Positions 12,484 through 26,487 of a stretch of 64,000 nt of DNA are shown here, piece by piece. The notes under the pieces were generated by a model. That model had not been told where the DNA came from. It did no database searches and saw nothing but the letters and a program-made list of their open reading frames with translations. The translations under genes and the position numbers were made by a program. The stretch is from the NCBI GenBank assembly GCA_964016885.1, contig OZ024746.1, forward strand, positions 94,116,001-94,180,000, read 5' to 3'. Source of the DNA: Eledone cirrhosa (lineage: Eukaryota). Every line of letters begins with the position of its first letter. Positions within the stretch are counted from its first letter, which is position 1.

Positions 12484-13039
12484 GAGAGAGAGGGTGAGAG
12501 AGAAAGAGAGAGAGAGAGGGGTGAGAGAGAGTGGGGGTGTTATTTCAACACTCAATCTCGAAGGAATGTTAGGCAAAAGTTGGCCTCAGCGACATTTGAA
12601 CTCAGAACCCGGACATCCGTAACAAGTACCGCAAGGCATTCAATCCAAACGTTCCAACGACTCTGTCAGTTCCTCGTCTTTAGTAATTTATTGAGTAATA
12701 TGTTTAGAAATGGAAGAAAATAGTAGAACAATGTCTGTAAAGGAATAGAATGGAAGCACTGTTGGAAGAGATTAGAGAAGGCAAAGAATGTATGATGCTA
12801 GAAGAATCTGAGAAAGGCTATGGCGAGAAAAGACAGGCTTGGCAAGAGAAGATAATGTGTGGAGAGTTATTTAGGGGGACGGATGAAAGTGTTGACGTGG
12901 ATGTAATGACGTGCATAGGATTTTAGAAGGGCAGGAGATCAGATGAAACAAGACCACTCCCTTAGATTTTTAAAATAGGAAATCGGTAATGTCATATAGC
13001 CACACACTCTCTCTCTCTTTCTGTTTATATATATATATA

Positions 13040-13124
<85 letters not shown>

Positions 13125-13211
13125 AATAACAGATTAAAGTTTAAGCAAAGAATCGCTGCTTTCACCCTTATCGAGCCCTCTTTGGATTTTAGTCTTCAAA
13201 TTTATTATTAT

Positions 13212-13279
<68 letters not shown>

Positions 13280-13310
13280 GTATATATATGTGTATATATA
13301 TACGTTTATA

Positions 13311-13919
13311 TGGGGGGCTGCCAACTCGTTTTCGAGTACGGCCACTACTTTATATCCATGTAGGAGAACCCCTACCGATGCGCTAAACAAGTGTGACTTT
13401 TTAGTCCAGCCAGCGACTTGAAAACTCTGGTACAAACACTACACTTGTGACAATTACTGACACATAGTGCTGGGCCCATGGTACCATGTGAGGACAAGTG
13501 CAGAGAGATCTCCAGATATAAAGCAATGCCTGTGCCGTGAAGCTTTTATAGTGAGCAAAGGCACTGCACAAAGCCAGTCCCACTCTCTTAACCAAGATGA
13601 TATTTACCAAAAAGAAGAACAAGTCAACATCATTGGATACCATCAGGGTTGCAGGTGTTATATCAGAGTTTTCCTTCTCCTAGAATTCTGCCTTGACAAA
13701 GGCTAAGGGGTCATCTCTCCCGGTGATTTTGGATGGCCATTGACTCTTAAGAGCTCCTTTGCTCTTTGACAGGTTTTGTTTTTAGTCGTGCAGGATGCCC
13801 AAAGTCACCCTCCTCACCAAGAAACCTTGGTGGGGTTGCCAGTTTAGTCGCCAACGACCCGACCATGAGACAGGTTGTACTGGGATACATGTTACCAGTA
13901 GCACCAACTGGTGACCTGA
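13311..13919 (-). mobile_element. Full-length non-autonomous RTE-related retroposon, subfamily A (~600 bp)
   Basis: Highly similar to 47498-47885, 56586-57184, 57303-57714 and 57819-58358. Contains CTAGGAGAAGGAAAACTCTGA, which resembles RTE 5' regions (recalled, not searched); no convincing ORF. Confidence 0.75.
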
Positions 13920-13949
13920 TCATATGTCTATATATATATATATATATAC

Positions 13950-14011
<62 letters not shown>

Positions 14012-14045
14012 ATATACATATGTATATATATATATGTATATATAT

Positions 14046-14085
<40 letters not shown>

Positions 14086-14122
14086 TATATATATATATGT
14101 GTGTATATATATATATATATAT

Positions 14123-14161
<39 letters not shown>

Positions 14162-14292
14162 GTATATATATGTTTATATATATATATATATATGTATGTA
14201 TATATATATACAGACAGACAGACTCACGCGCACACACACACAGACATATATTCATACAGATAAATATTTGATCAATATATATATATATATAT

Positions 14293-14330
<38 letters not shown>

Positions 14331-14333
14331 ATG

Positions 14334-14418
<85 letters not shown>

Positions 14419-14630
14419 GTGTGTGGGGGTGGGGTAGGGTGTTTGTGTATGTGGGTGTCGGTGTCCGTGTATAGGTATATATATGTGAGGGGGTGTGTGT
14501 GCACAAAGAAATATGTAAATATTTGTGGGTGGTAAACATTTGAAATTCCATTGAATTGAAGGCGTTATTTGACGAATCTGATTAACGGAAATGTATGAAA
14601 AAATTGTTGTAAAAATACGAGATACAATTT

Positions 14631-15262
14631 ATTGCAAGATTTTCAAAAAGATAGGAAGATATTGAAATATCACAGATTTCTATATATTACATACTGTTCA
14701 ATTTTACATATATTAACTCGTATATTGATTAACTTACAAATGGTTTCTTGTCCCTCAGCCCAAACACCGCCTTCCATAAACCCAGAGTCCAACAGCCTCT
14801 CCCATTCCCTCCCTTTCTTCTGTGGCTCAAGTGTCCTTACTTTCTCCCCTTCCTTTCCTCTCATTTATGGCATTTATAGTCCTTTCCTCTACTTTCCCAT
14901 ACAACCAGATCTGCCCTACTTTACCTCTTCCATTTCTTCTGTGGCCCAATAGTCCTTGCTTTTCCTCCTCTTTTTCCTCTCATGGCATATATAGCCCTTT
15001 CCTCTACTTTCCCATACAACCAGATCTGCCCCTCTTCACCCCTTCCCCTTTTTTCTCATTACTTAATTTTGTTTTTAATCTTTCTTTTTCATTTTTATAT
15101 TGTCTCTATTTTCATTTTCTCTCTTTTAAAGAAAATCTTTCACTGATTTATTGCAAGATTCTCAAAAAGACTGGAAGATATTAAAATATTACAGATTTTT
15201 ATATATTACATACTGTTTAATTTTACTTATATTGATTGTATATTGATCAGCATACAAATGGT
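14631..15262 (+). repeat. Direct repeats (14631-14745 / 15150-15262) enclosing two copies of a CRE-like 3' UTR segment
   Basis: CCTTTCCTCTACTTTCCCATACAACCAGATCTGCCC occurs at 14881 and 14996 and matches 21584-21620 downstream of the CRE-like fragment. Confidence 0.6.
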
Positions 15263-15498
15263 GTCTGATTTAGATAATGTCTTATTATTTTATATTACAA
15301 ACAATATATGATTTGAATAAAATTTGTTGAATAAAGTTTGATAATGCTGGATATTATGTACAAATGTTCACCAGTAATAATCTTATGTATGTATGTATGT
15401 ATGTATGTATGTATGTATGTATGTATGTATGTATGTATGTATGTATGTATGTATGTATGTATGTATGTATGTATGTATGTATGTATGTATGTATGTAT

Positions 15499-15818
15499 GG
15501 GCACCCGATCGCACAGTTAAACCACTGGGAGTGTAGGAGCCCTAGCCTTTCTCAGGGCATTCTTCTAGGAGAAGGCAACTCAGGAAATTGGGATAACTCC
15601 GATATAAAACCTGCGGCTCAGTAGTTACCGATGATGTTGATCTTTTCTTCGGGTTATAGCTACTGTCGCTCAGAGAGTGTGATTGGCTCAGTGCACAGTC
15701 TTTCCTCACTTTAGAAAATATCTTCATGCACAGACATTGAACGATAGAATTAATTGATAATTATTAATAATGGTATATCGTGCAATGGCCATACTCGATA
15801 ATGAGGGGGCAGCCATCA
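15499..15818 (+). mobile_element. RTE-related retroposon subfamily B (5'-truncated); second copy at 47949-48216
   Basis: Colinear diverged homology to subfamily A; ends GCAGCCATCA-(TGTA)n. Confidence 0.7.
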
Positions 15819-15839
15819 TGTATGTATGTATGTATGTAT

Positions 15840-16345
15840 GTTATCTCTTTCTCTTAATTTCGAGTACATTTTTGACCGGCCACCTTCCTGGTGGCAAGGT
15901 TGTAAGAGAAAAGAAATTGTCATCCCATGAATCGCAAGAATGTTTTGCAAATTTTGAAGGTGCCAGCTATCGCAGCCATTTGTAGTCTATGAATTAGGGA
16001 GCTACGTTCTTTGTGCACAAATCCAAGCTCAGTTACACTTTGGTCCAAGCGGGTTGGTATATAACCTGTAGCTCCAATAATTGTTTCTACCTTTGGCACA
16101 AGGCCAGCAATTACTACAGTGCATTACTGGTACTTTATTTTATTAACGCAGTAAGGATGAAAGGCAAAGTTAACCTTGGCGGGATTTGAACTCAGACCAT
16201 AAAGGGCTGTAACTCTTTGTTGCAAAGCATGGCGTCCGACCCTCTACCGATACTGCCAATCCACCTACAGTAGCACCAATAATGATGGGTATGAAGCTGA
16301 AGGTGTATCTTGGATACTCGATCTGCAAACTCCTCATCAATGGTT
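15840..16345 (-). pseudogene. R4/Dong-like RLE C-terminal fragment interrupted by a SINE
   Basis: YEPLMRSLQIEYPRYTFSFIPIIIGAT, resuming after the SINE; homologous to 58376-58710; embedded in (TATG)n. Confidence 0.75.
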
Positions 16346-16346
16346 C

Positions 16347-16377
<31 letters not shown>

Positions 16378-16595
16378 TGTATGTATGTATGTATGTATGT
16401 ATGTATGTATGTATGCATGTATGTATGCATGCATGTATGTATGTATGTACGTATGTATGTGTTTATGTATGTACGTACGTACATGTCTGTATATATGCAT
16501 GTACGTATGTATGTACGTGTGTATGTACATCTGTCTGTCTGCCTGTCTATGTATGTATGTATGTATGCACGCATGTATGTATGTATGTATATATG

Positions 16596-16629
<34 letters not shown>

Positions 16630-17488
16630 TGTGTGTATGTATGTATGTATGTATGCGTATATGTACAGACACCGGTAACATGACGATTTCCATTTCCATT
16701 TGATGTGATATATAGTATTATTAGTGAAGGTGTATGGCTTAGTGGTTAGAGCATTGGGTCTGCAAACCGAACCTTGTGAGTTCGATTCTCTGACTGGGTG
16801 ATGCGTTGTGTCCTTGAGCAAGACACTTTATTTCATGTTGCTCCGGTTTACTCAGTGTAGAAATGAGTTGCGACGTCTCTGGTGTCAAGCTGTATCACCC
16901 TTTGTCTTTCTCTTGGACAGCATCAGGGGTGTGAGAGGGGAGACTGGTATGCATGTAGGACTGCTGGTCTTCCTCAAACATAATTGCCTGGATTTGTGCC
17001 CCGGAGAGAAACTTTCTAGGTGTCCAATCACATGGTCATTCGTTACCGAAGGGAGGTCTTTAATCGTTACCCTAGTATTATTAATTCAGTAATTAGTTAT
17101 CAATTTATTTCCGTAAAGAAGCCAGAGCCGCTTATGTTGTATGGAAATTTGACCGTGAAAAATACATCATATTAGCAAAATCTTAATTATTCCAATTACC
17201 TTTAATGATTTACATACCTGTCCGGTCCGCTGTATTTATCTATCGTATACATGATCAGGTTGTGTATTCATTTTATTAAACAAGACAGAGATGTGTTATC
17301 ACATAATTACATTTATTCAGTTATGCGCATTTTTACAATGTCAGTAAATTTTTGTTACGTAATCGTAATTTCGATTAGCATGACTCTATCAGACATTATT
17401 TTGTATTGTAGCAGAGGAAGAAATGGTAAAGTTGTAGATATGGTTTAAGGAGAGCCACACGTCCATTTTGGTGTGTTCTTTCTCTCTC

Positions 17489-17546
<58 letters not shown>

Positions 17547-17594
17547 CATATATATATATATGTATATGTATATATACATATATGTATTTATACA

Positions 17595-17680
<86 letters not shown>

Positions 17681-17682
17681 CA

Positions 17683-17781
<99 letters not shown>

Positions 17782-17821
17782 ATATATGTGTGTATTTATA
17801 TATATAAATATATGTGTATTT

Positions 17822-17881
<60 letters not shown>

Positions 17882-17897
17882 ATATATATATATATAT

Positions 17898-18746
17898 CTA
17901 GGGCGGGTAAAATTCCCGAGATCCATGGACGAGTTCTCTCCAGCGGTCTCTGTCCCTCATTATCGCTGCCATGTCCTGCGTCTCCAACAGACCAGTGTCT
18001 GTCCTTAGGGCATCAACATACGTTAACCTTGGTCTTCCTCTTCCAGTGTGTCCATGTAGGGGCTCCCACAGGAGCACTGAGTGCAATGTCAACTCTGGAT
18101 GTCGGTGAGCATGTCCAGTTAACCTCAGTCTCCTCTGTGTCACTTTTGAGCTGACTCCTGGAAGGCTCCCATACAGCTCTGAGTTTTTCATCCTCAGTGT
18201 ATACTGATTAATGTTCAGAGCCATCCTCAGCATTCTCGTGTAGCACCCATCCACCATCTGAGTGAGTTTCTTGGTCAGTGTCCAAGTCTCAGACCCGTAC
18301 AGCAGCACAGACTCCACTACAGCAATGAAGAGGCGGACTTTCAGGTCTCTACGAAGGTCCGACTTCCACACCGATCTCAAGCTGTGGCACGCCGCCCAGG
18401 CTTTGCCCTTCCTCTCAACCACATCATCTTCCGTATTCCAAATCTTTTCTCCCAAATACAGGAAGTCCTCAAGCAATTCTAGCGCCTTCCCGCCTACATT
18501 AGTGATCTTCTCTGGCCTCTCAACATTCTCTACCAGATATTTTGTTTTAGTCTCATTCATTCTCAGCCCCATACTCATCGACACAGTCTCAACCTCCTGC
18601 ATCAAATCCTCTGCCTCCGTCACTGTATTTGTCACCACAACTATGTCGTCGGCAAATTCAGCATCTGATATCTTTTTCGCCTTAACTCTCCTGCTCTGAG
18701 CCGGTGCTACAGTAAAGCCAGAGTCCTGGTGTTTCTCCAGTGCAAG

Positions 18747-18750
<4 letters not shown>
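17898..18750 (-). mobile_element. 5'-truncated RTE-clade LINE (RT C-terminus, open frame)
   Basis: EFADD, KTKYL, FLYLG, ESVLLYGSETWTLT, RLRLTGH and [11 protein letters not shown] motifs; (TA)n on both sides. Confidence 0.92.
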
Positions 18751-18831
<81 letters not shown>

Positions 18832-18943
18832 CATGTATGTGTATATATATAGTGTAGGAATTACTATGAAATGCGCGTAACAGTTCGAAACGGTATAAAA
18901 AACTAAATACATATCAACGAGATTTTATCGTTTTTCTGTGTGC

Positions 18944-19037
<94 letters not shown>

Positions 19038-19219
19038 CGTAAGAGAAACACCAACATAAACACAAGGAGAATTCCCGCTCATCGGCCGTCTTCTGTGGAT
19101 CACATCACAGTACATCTCACCACAGTGCGTTGATAACTAAGAGGGATAGTTATTCGGGAAAAAACAAAAATAAAACAGAAGATAACAGAAGAGAACGACA
19201 AAAAAAAAGAAAGACATAC

Positions 19220-19359
19220 CGATAGAGAAGGGGAAACACGAGACAGCAGTACATATAAGTTGCAGTAACCTGGAGAATAGAGTGAGAAGTTAATACAGAG
19301 ACTGAACGTAAGTCCTGAACCCGTACTAACAGCACGAGGGACAGACAGGCAAAAAACGT
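19220..19359 (-). CDS. Candidate pair of small exons (19359-19327, 19269-19220) encoding hydrophobic TFFACLSLVLL-VTATYMYCCLVFPLLYR
   Basis: AG/GT borders (tcag|, |gtacgg, ttctccag|, |gtatgt), 57-nt intron, phases compatible; no homology recognised. Confidence 0.35.
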
Positions 19360-19435
19360 CTGATCACAGCGAGAACAGGCGCAAAGAGGAAGAGACGAAA
19401 TAAAATGGAAGGGAGAGAAGGGATGTGGTATATGA

Positions 19436-19521
<86 letters not shown>

Positions 19522-19894
19522 TGGGGAAAAGGAGATAGATGGTAAATGAGAAAGAGAATAAATGAGTGGGAGAGAGAGAGAGAGAGGGGGGGATAGATGG
19601 TAAGAGAGAAAGAGAATAAGTGTGTGGGAGAGAGAAAAGGAGAGAGAAAGAAAGAGAAAGTGAGAGAAAAGAAGAAGGAAAAGAGTTAATCCAAAATGGC
19701 TGACCTCAAGTTCCAAATTAATAACAACAAGCGAGAGAAGAGAGAACGGATGTCACAGCAATGAATTAATATGAATTAAAAAGTGGCAAAGGTGCTGTGT
19801 GGTTACTAATAAATATTATTTAGAAAGCGTATATATACACATGTACACACATACACACACACATATATATATATATAAGTATACACACACACAT

Positions 19895-19926
<32 letters not shown>

Positions 19927-20799
19927 CTTCAACAGAGAATGAAATATGTGTGCGTTTTCCCGTGCATGAGGGTACCTGTATGACAGTGCACGCCAATTCG
20001 CGTGTTGTCTTGTTAATATAGAACGGAAATGAAGAGGTTGTGTTTGGGAAGTGGGAACTGGAAATAAGATATTCTAGCTTGCATGGCTTATGGCAATAAC
20101 ACCACATGTGTTGCACTCCATATAACCAATACAGTCACGTAACCAGACAAGTTTAGCAAAGTAACCCCTGCTATATTTAAACATGGATCAGCCTCGCTGG
20201 ATATTCACTTATACTTCCTCCACCCCGCTCTCTTTATTTGTTTATTTGTATGTATTGATTATGTATAAAATATAGAAGTTTACATATACATAAACTAGAC
20301 AGAGCCATAGATACCATTCACGGTGTGGCTCAATGACGAATTAATTAATTAAATAATAAACAATCAGAGCAATATATAAGAAAGTAAGTCAATAGAATCA
20401 TTTGATAAAATATATACAGTATTTCTCCTCCCAATCAGCATAATTAACCACATAAAAAAATCAATTAAACGAGGCTATAAGTTTAAAATGTACCTATGAA
20501 GAAACAATAGATAAATAAATGATAGCTATTTTATCCGCGATCAACAGCCACAGAAGATTTACCTAGTATTTCTAATAGCCCGTAGAAATTAATTAGACAT
20601 ATAACCAACCATACACAATTAGGTACAAAATCAAAGTTAGAAGAAAAAATGTACATAAACATAACATAATTTTAGTATATTTATGTACATTTAGCTATCC
20701 ATCCGGTTGTCACAACCTGGATGTGTTTCCTATATTTCTCCCACGTATTTTTTAAGTCACTGCCTCCGTCTGTCTCGCTCGCCCCATCTCTAATTATTA

Positions 20800-21050
20800 T
20801 AATCAAAGGGGAGCCCACGTGCTGGCCACCCCGAGCCCCGGCGGACAGAATAGAGGAGTTTCCCCGGAGGACGGTGAGGGAAATGCGAGTAGCCAACTTC
20901 GTGCCAATGGTGGTGAATAGTGAGGTGGTCCTAGGACCAAGGACACAAGAAGTCTCTACTGCCACGGGCTCAACCACAAACCTGTCGGAGAGTGACCGAT
21001 ATTTGGAGAGTTTCCTCCCCTCTTCGGCCCGAAGTGTAACAGAGACTGGA
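20800..21050 (-). pseudogene. CRE-like non-LTR RLE C-terminal fragment
   Basis: AEEGRKLSKY..FVVEPVAVETSCVLGP..RISLTVLRGN. Confidence 0.7.
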
Positions 21051-21169
21051 TTAATCACTTTCATCTAGGCAGTGACATTGTTTCAGCCCACGACTACATG
21101 TCCACCTACAGCCTCCAGTCATACAACTGAGGCTGTTGTTTTTATTTCCTTTTATGTATGAGTATAAAT

Positions 21170-21630
21170 AAAAGATGTGATACGTTCTCTGACTCAAACT
21201 TAGTCGCTTCGGCCATAAACCCCGGTACTGCGGCGGCTCGCAATGCAGAGGAAAGGAAGACAAACACATACCGGGGATTGTCTGGCCGCTTACTCTTCGG
21301 CCCGGTCGCCGTCGAGACTTCAGGTGTACTCAGATCTTGTACTTCTGAGCTCCTCCGCAAGATCAGAACATCAGCAGCCCGTCTGAGGAAAGAGCCCCGT
21401 TAGGTGGGGTGGTTGTTGCAGCGGGTGTCGCTGGCCATTGTCCGCGGAAATGCTTTTGCGGTTTTGTCCACGGGGTGCAGCGCAGCCCCTCACCCGCATC
21501 CCAGACCAAGAGCGCCCCCCCCCCTCGCTTTCTTCTGTGACCCTAGAGTCCTTGCTTTCCCCCTCTTTTCCCTCTCATTTAGTCCTTTCCTCTACTCTCC
21601 CATACAGCCAGATCTGCTCTTCCTTACCCC
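21170..21630 (+). pseudogene. CRE-like non-LTR RLE C-terminus plus 3' UTR
   Basis: CDTFSDSN..PGTAAARNAEERK..PVAVETSGVL..(stop)..LLQRVSLAIVRGNA. Confidence 0.75.
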
Positions 21631-22486
21631 TTGCAGAAAGGAATACCGTAACATTAATTTGGAAAGTATATGTACTCTCAGATCTTGAATAATCGCCCCA
21701 CCCCACACTAATTAATTTTTCAGATTTTCCAGCCCCCTATTTTATCCTCCCCCCCACTTACTACATTGTTAATTCTATCTCCAGCAAAATGTTATTGTAA
21801 GTGATTCATATTGATGCAGCAGCTGGCGAATCTAATAATTATTTTATTTTACATTAAAAAATCATTATATATGACAAAAAGAACATTACAATAAGAAATC
21901 CCGATTACCCAACCTTCCTGTTTAATCCAACCCTCTCGCTTATAACCATTTAAGCAAATGTCTAACCCCCACCTGCATACCCCGCCCCCATTATTTGTGA
22001 CACGAGAGTAAAGACATTGATTATAGAGAATAATGGTTTCTTATATAGGCACAAGGCCAGTAATTTTGGGGGAGGGGAAAGTCGATTTAATCGACCCCAG
22101 TGCGTGACTATTACTTTATTTTATCGACCCCGTAAGGATGAACTCAGATCATAAAGGGCCTTAACTCTATGCTACAAAGCATGGCGTCTGACGCTCTACC
22201 GATTCTCCCAAGCCACTGCCATGATTTATAGAGAATATTTGTTTCTACTTTTAGCACAAGGCCACCAAATACCCAGTAAATTACTGGTACTTTATTTTAT
22301 CGACCCCCGTAAGGATGAAAGGCAAAGTTAACCTCGGCGGGATTTAAATTCAGACCAGAATAATGAAAGATGAATTTACATGTTTATGATGAAGGTGCAT
22401 GATTAGGTGGTTAGAAAATTGGATCGCAATCATGAGGCTGTGAGTTCGATTCCTGGACCGGGCGATGGGTTATGTCCTTGAGAAAG

Positions 22487-22620
22487 GCTGCTTGTGGATT
22501 CCAAAACATTATTGCTTTGGAAGCCACAAGCAGCCACTAATAACAGGGGGCACAAGCTCTCCTATCCCGATGTCATCTCCAGAGATTCTCGTATAGGAAT
22601 CCAATTTGGCAGGGGCCACC

Positions 22621-22679
<59 letters not shown>

Positions 22680-22680
22680 C
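22487..22680 (+). mobile_element. RTE 3' fragment with a (GAT)n tail inserted in a family 2 SINE
   Basis: LLLWKPQ..RGHKLSYPDVI; duplicated target CCTTGAG(A/C)AAG at 22476-22486 and 22681-22691. Confidence 0.65.
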
Positions 22681-22808
22681 CCTTGAGCAAGATACTTCAT
22701 TTCCCGTTGCTCATTCTACCTGAATTTGCGACCGGTAGATAATATTAGCAATTGGAAAGACCAATGGGAACATTGTTTCCTCGGTCCGATTTAACGAAAG
22801 TCGATCGA

Positions 22809-22849
<41 letters not shown>

Positions 22850-23390
22850 AATATAAATTAGCGAGAATCGTATTTCGGCTTTGGAAATTAGCGAAAAACA
22901 ACTTCCGAGATGTGTGGCAAGCGCTCAATAGGTTCTAACGAACCAGAGCTACAGCCTCTTTTTTAAAGCCATGTCAGTAGAATGAACCCCTCACTCTTGC
23001 TCTTTTGTCGACATGCAAACAGAATTTATATATATATATATATATATATATATGTAACGAAAGAAGTGTGGTAAGGAATCAGGTGGATCGTAACGCACCA
23101 GAGTACTTGATACTTTGGGTAGTAGAGTGGGTAATAGGAAAAGTTTCAGGCAGAGCTGAAGCCTTTTCCTATATATACATCGTCTGCTCCATGTTTAAAA
23201 TATGTAATTATTAATTATGCATGAAATGCCGCAATATTGCTTCGTATTTGATGTTTTATTAATTTCAGAACCTGTTTCATTGAATTAATTACACCGGTTT
23301 ATGCTCCACTGGAAATTAACACACATACACACACACACACAAACCATATTCCATTCTCGTGCGTGCGTTTGTGTGTAGTAGTAGTAGTAA

Positions 23391-23464
<74 letters not shown>

Positions 23465-24337
23465 CTAGTAGTTGTAGTTAGGGTGGTTATTGGTGAATAT
23501 TTCCGGATTAGTTGCGACGATCCTATCTTTATTTCAGCCCAGGGTTTCAAGGACCTGTGCAGGTAGGATGGTTAAAAGATTAAGAAATTCGGATCGCAAT
23601 CATGTCTGTCATTTGCCATAGCTATATGTCAACCAATGCCTTGTAAATGAAATTGGGTAGACGGAAACTGTTTGGAAGCCCGTTGGATTGACTGTATCTG
23701 TAACTCAAAGAGCCAGCCTTGTTACACACTGTTTTATACTGAATCTCCCTGAGAATTACACCTTAGAAGTTCACGTGACTGAGGCATATTTAGCCACTGA
23801 CATGTTATATCCAAGAGCAAGCTGTTCCGTTGATCAAACATCTGGAACAATCTCCGTTGCAACTGACGGAGGTTCATTCCTCCAATTCCAACGCGTCTCC
23901 CTCACCATCCTCCGGTGAAACGCTTCCTCTATTCTGTCCACCGGGCCGTGGTCCGGTAGTCACGTGGGCCAGCATTCGCTTATAGTGAGAGACAGTGACA
24001 ATGGGAATCTGATTCCATTATGTTCAGACCTAATAGGGCGGTGGATTAGCAGTATCGGTAGAGAGTCGGACACCATGCTTTGCAGCATACAGTTACGTTC
24101 CTTTATGATCTGAGTTCAAATCTCGCCGAGGTTAACTTTGCCGTTCATCCTTATGGGGTCGATAAAATAATTTAATCGACTTTCCCCAAAATTACTGGCC
24201 TTGTGCCTATACTAGAAATCATTATGTTCAGATCTAATATATATGTCTATATTTATTTACCACATCACATATATTTAACTCTTTTTCACATAGTATCTAC
24301 TGACTAGCGTTAATTTAACTGACCAACAAAATCTTAA

Positions 24338-24759
24338 CCCTTTAGTATCACATTACTCTATATATACTATTGTATTTTTGTGGTATAGTCTTTATCTTAC
24401 ATAATTATCTCACATAATATTGAATCTATGAGATTTTGATATTATTTCTTTTAAGGGCGGTGGATTGGCAGTATCAGTAGAGGGTCGGACGCCATGCTTT
24501 GACGCATAGAGTTACACCCCTTTCCATTCTGAATTCAAATCCCGCCGAGGTTAACTTTGCCTTTCACCCTTACGCGGTCGATAAAATAAAGTACCAGTAA
24601 TACACTGAGATAATTGCTGGCCTTGTGCCAAAAGTAGAAACAATTATTTCTTTTAAGAACAATACCTTAACATAATTATGAACAGCAAGTAATGGCCGAT
24701 TTGAACAGAAAGAGATGAGAGAATACAGGCTTGATACGGCCGGTTTAAATGCTGAAGGG
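24338..24759. mobile_element. piggyBac-type MITE with TTAA target duplications, interrupted by a SINE
   Basis: TTAA|CCCTTTAGTAT...ATGCTGAAGGG|TTAA; the SINE at 24456-24642 has the 15-bp TSD ATTATTTCTTTTAAG. Confidence 0.8.
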
Positions 24760-24825
24760 TTAAACAGATCTATTTCAAATAAAAACAACACTACAGATAT
24801 TTCAAAACGGAAAATGAATTGAAAG

Positions 24826-25205
24826 GCGCGGGCTCTAGGGTCACTGAAGAATGGGAAGAAGAGGGGTGCGGATGACCTGTAGGCCTAGGGCGCGGTAGTG
24901 GTGGACAAGACCGCAAAGGCATTTCCGCTGCAACTGTCACCCCACCTCGCGGGACTCCTTCCTCAAAAGGGCTGCTGGCGATACGGTCTTGCGGAGTAGC
25001 TCAGCAATACGGGGTGGACAAGTGCGCCTGAGGTCTCGACCGTGACCACTGCGAAGAAGAAGAAGAGACTGGACAAGCCCCGGAATTAGTTTGTCTTTCT
25101 TTCCTCTAAATTGCGGACCGCAATACCGGGGTTTGTAGCCGAAACGACTAAGTTGGAGGCAGAGAACGTGTTGCAAGATGTGGTCTCGCAGATGAGGCAT
25201 CTCCA
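24826..25205 (-). pseudogene. Decayed CRE-like RLE fragment
   Basis: Homologous to 21170-21550 (NTFSASNLVVSATNPGIAVRNLEERK). Confidence 0.65.
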
Positions 25206-25366
25206 TCCTTCGAAGAGTTAATTCAATTGACCAACTAACACATCTTCCCCACCGTTGTCTAGGATATAATTCAAGACTTCTCTTTTCTTTTACTTTATTT
25301 TGTTGTTTTTCTTCTCAATTGGATTAAACCGATGTCCTTCGTGCATGGATGGGCTTAGCGTCACGG

Positions 25367-25441
<75 letters not shown>

Positions 25442-25507
25442 ACTCCCTGTCTGTCTGTCTGTCTGTCTGTTTCTCTCTGTTGGTCTTTTTCACTCCCTTC
25501 CTCTATG

Positions 25508-26487
25508 TCTACCTACCTACCTACCTACCTACCTACCTACCTACCTACCTACCTACCTACCTATCTACCTACCTACCAACCTACCTACCTACCTACCTAT
25601 CTACCTACCTACCTACTTACCTACCTACCTACCTACCTACCTACCTACCTACCTACCTACCTACCTATCTACCTACCTACCAACCTACCTACCTACCAAC
25701 CTACCTACCTACCTACCTACCTACCTACCTACCTACCTACCTACCTACCTATCTACCTACCTACCTACCTACCTACCTACCTACCTATCTACCTACCTAC
25801 CTACCAACCTACCTACCTACCTACCTACCTACCTATCTACCTACCTACCTACCTACCTATCTACCTACCTACCTACCTACCTACCTACCTACCTACCTAC
25901 CTACCTACCTATCTACCTACCTATCTACCTACCTACCTACCTACCTACCTACCTACTACCTACCTACCTACCTACCTACCTATCTACCTACCTACCTACC
26001 TACCTATCTACCTACCTACCTACCTACCTACCTACCTACCTACCTACCTACTACCTACCTACCTACCTACCTACCTACTACCTACCTACCTACCAACCTA
26101 CCTACCTACCTGTCTACCTACCTACCTGTCTACCTACCTACCTACCTACCTGTCTACCTACCTACCTACCTACCTACCTACCTACCTACCTACCTACCTA
26201 CCTACATACCTACCTACATACCTACCTACCTACCTACCTGTCTACCTACCTACCTACCTACCTACCTACCTACCTACCTACCTACCTACCTACCTACCTA
26301 CCTACCTACCTACCTACCTACCTACTTACCTACCTACCTATCTACCTACCTACCTACCTACCTACCTACCAACCTACCTACCTACCTACCTACCTACCTA
26401 CCTACCTACCTACCTACCTACCTACCTACCTACCTACCAACCTACCTATCTACCTACCTACCTACCTACCTACCTACCTATCTACCT
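25508..26487. repeat. ~1-kb (TACC)n microsatellite with TATC/AACC variants
   Basis: Direct. Confidence 0.97.

Noticed and set aside
13145-13205. Minus-strand TTGAAGA..GAAA hammerhead
   Set aside because: Stems II and III do not pair convincingly
13401-13706. Recurring 79-80-aa ORFs (MLGPWYHV.. / MVSNDVDL..) in five places
   Set aside because: Both strands are open simply because the copies are near-identical; no domain is recognisable and the frames are not evident in subfamily B
24456-24545. tRNA genes at SINE heads
   Set aside because: A and B boxes are present but there is no proper cloverleaf, and each continues into a SINE body
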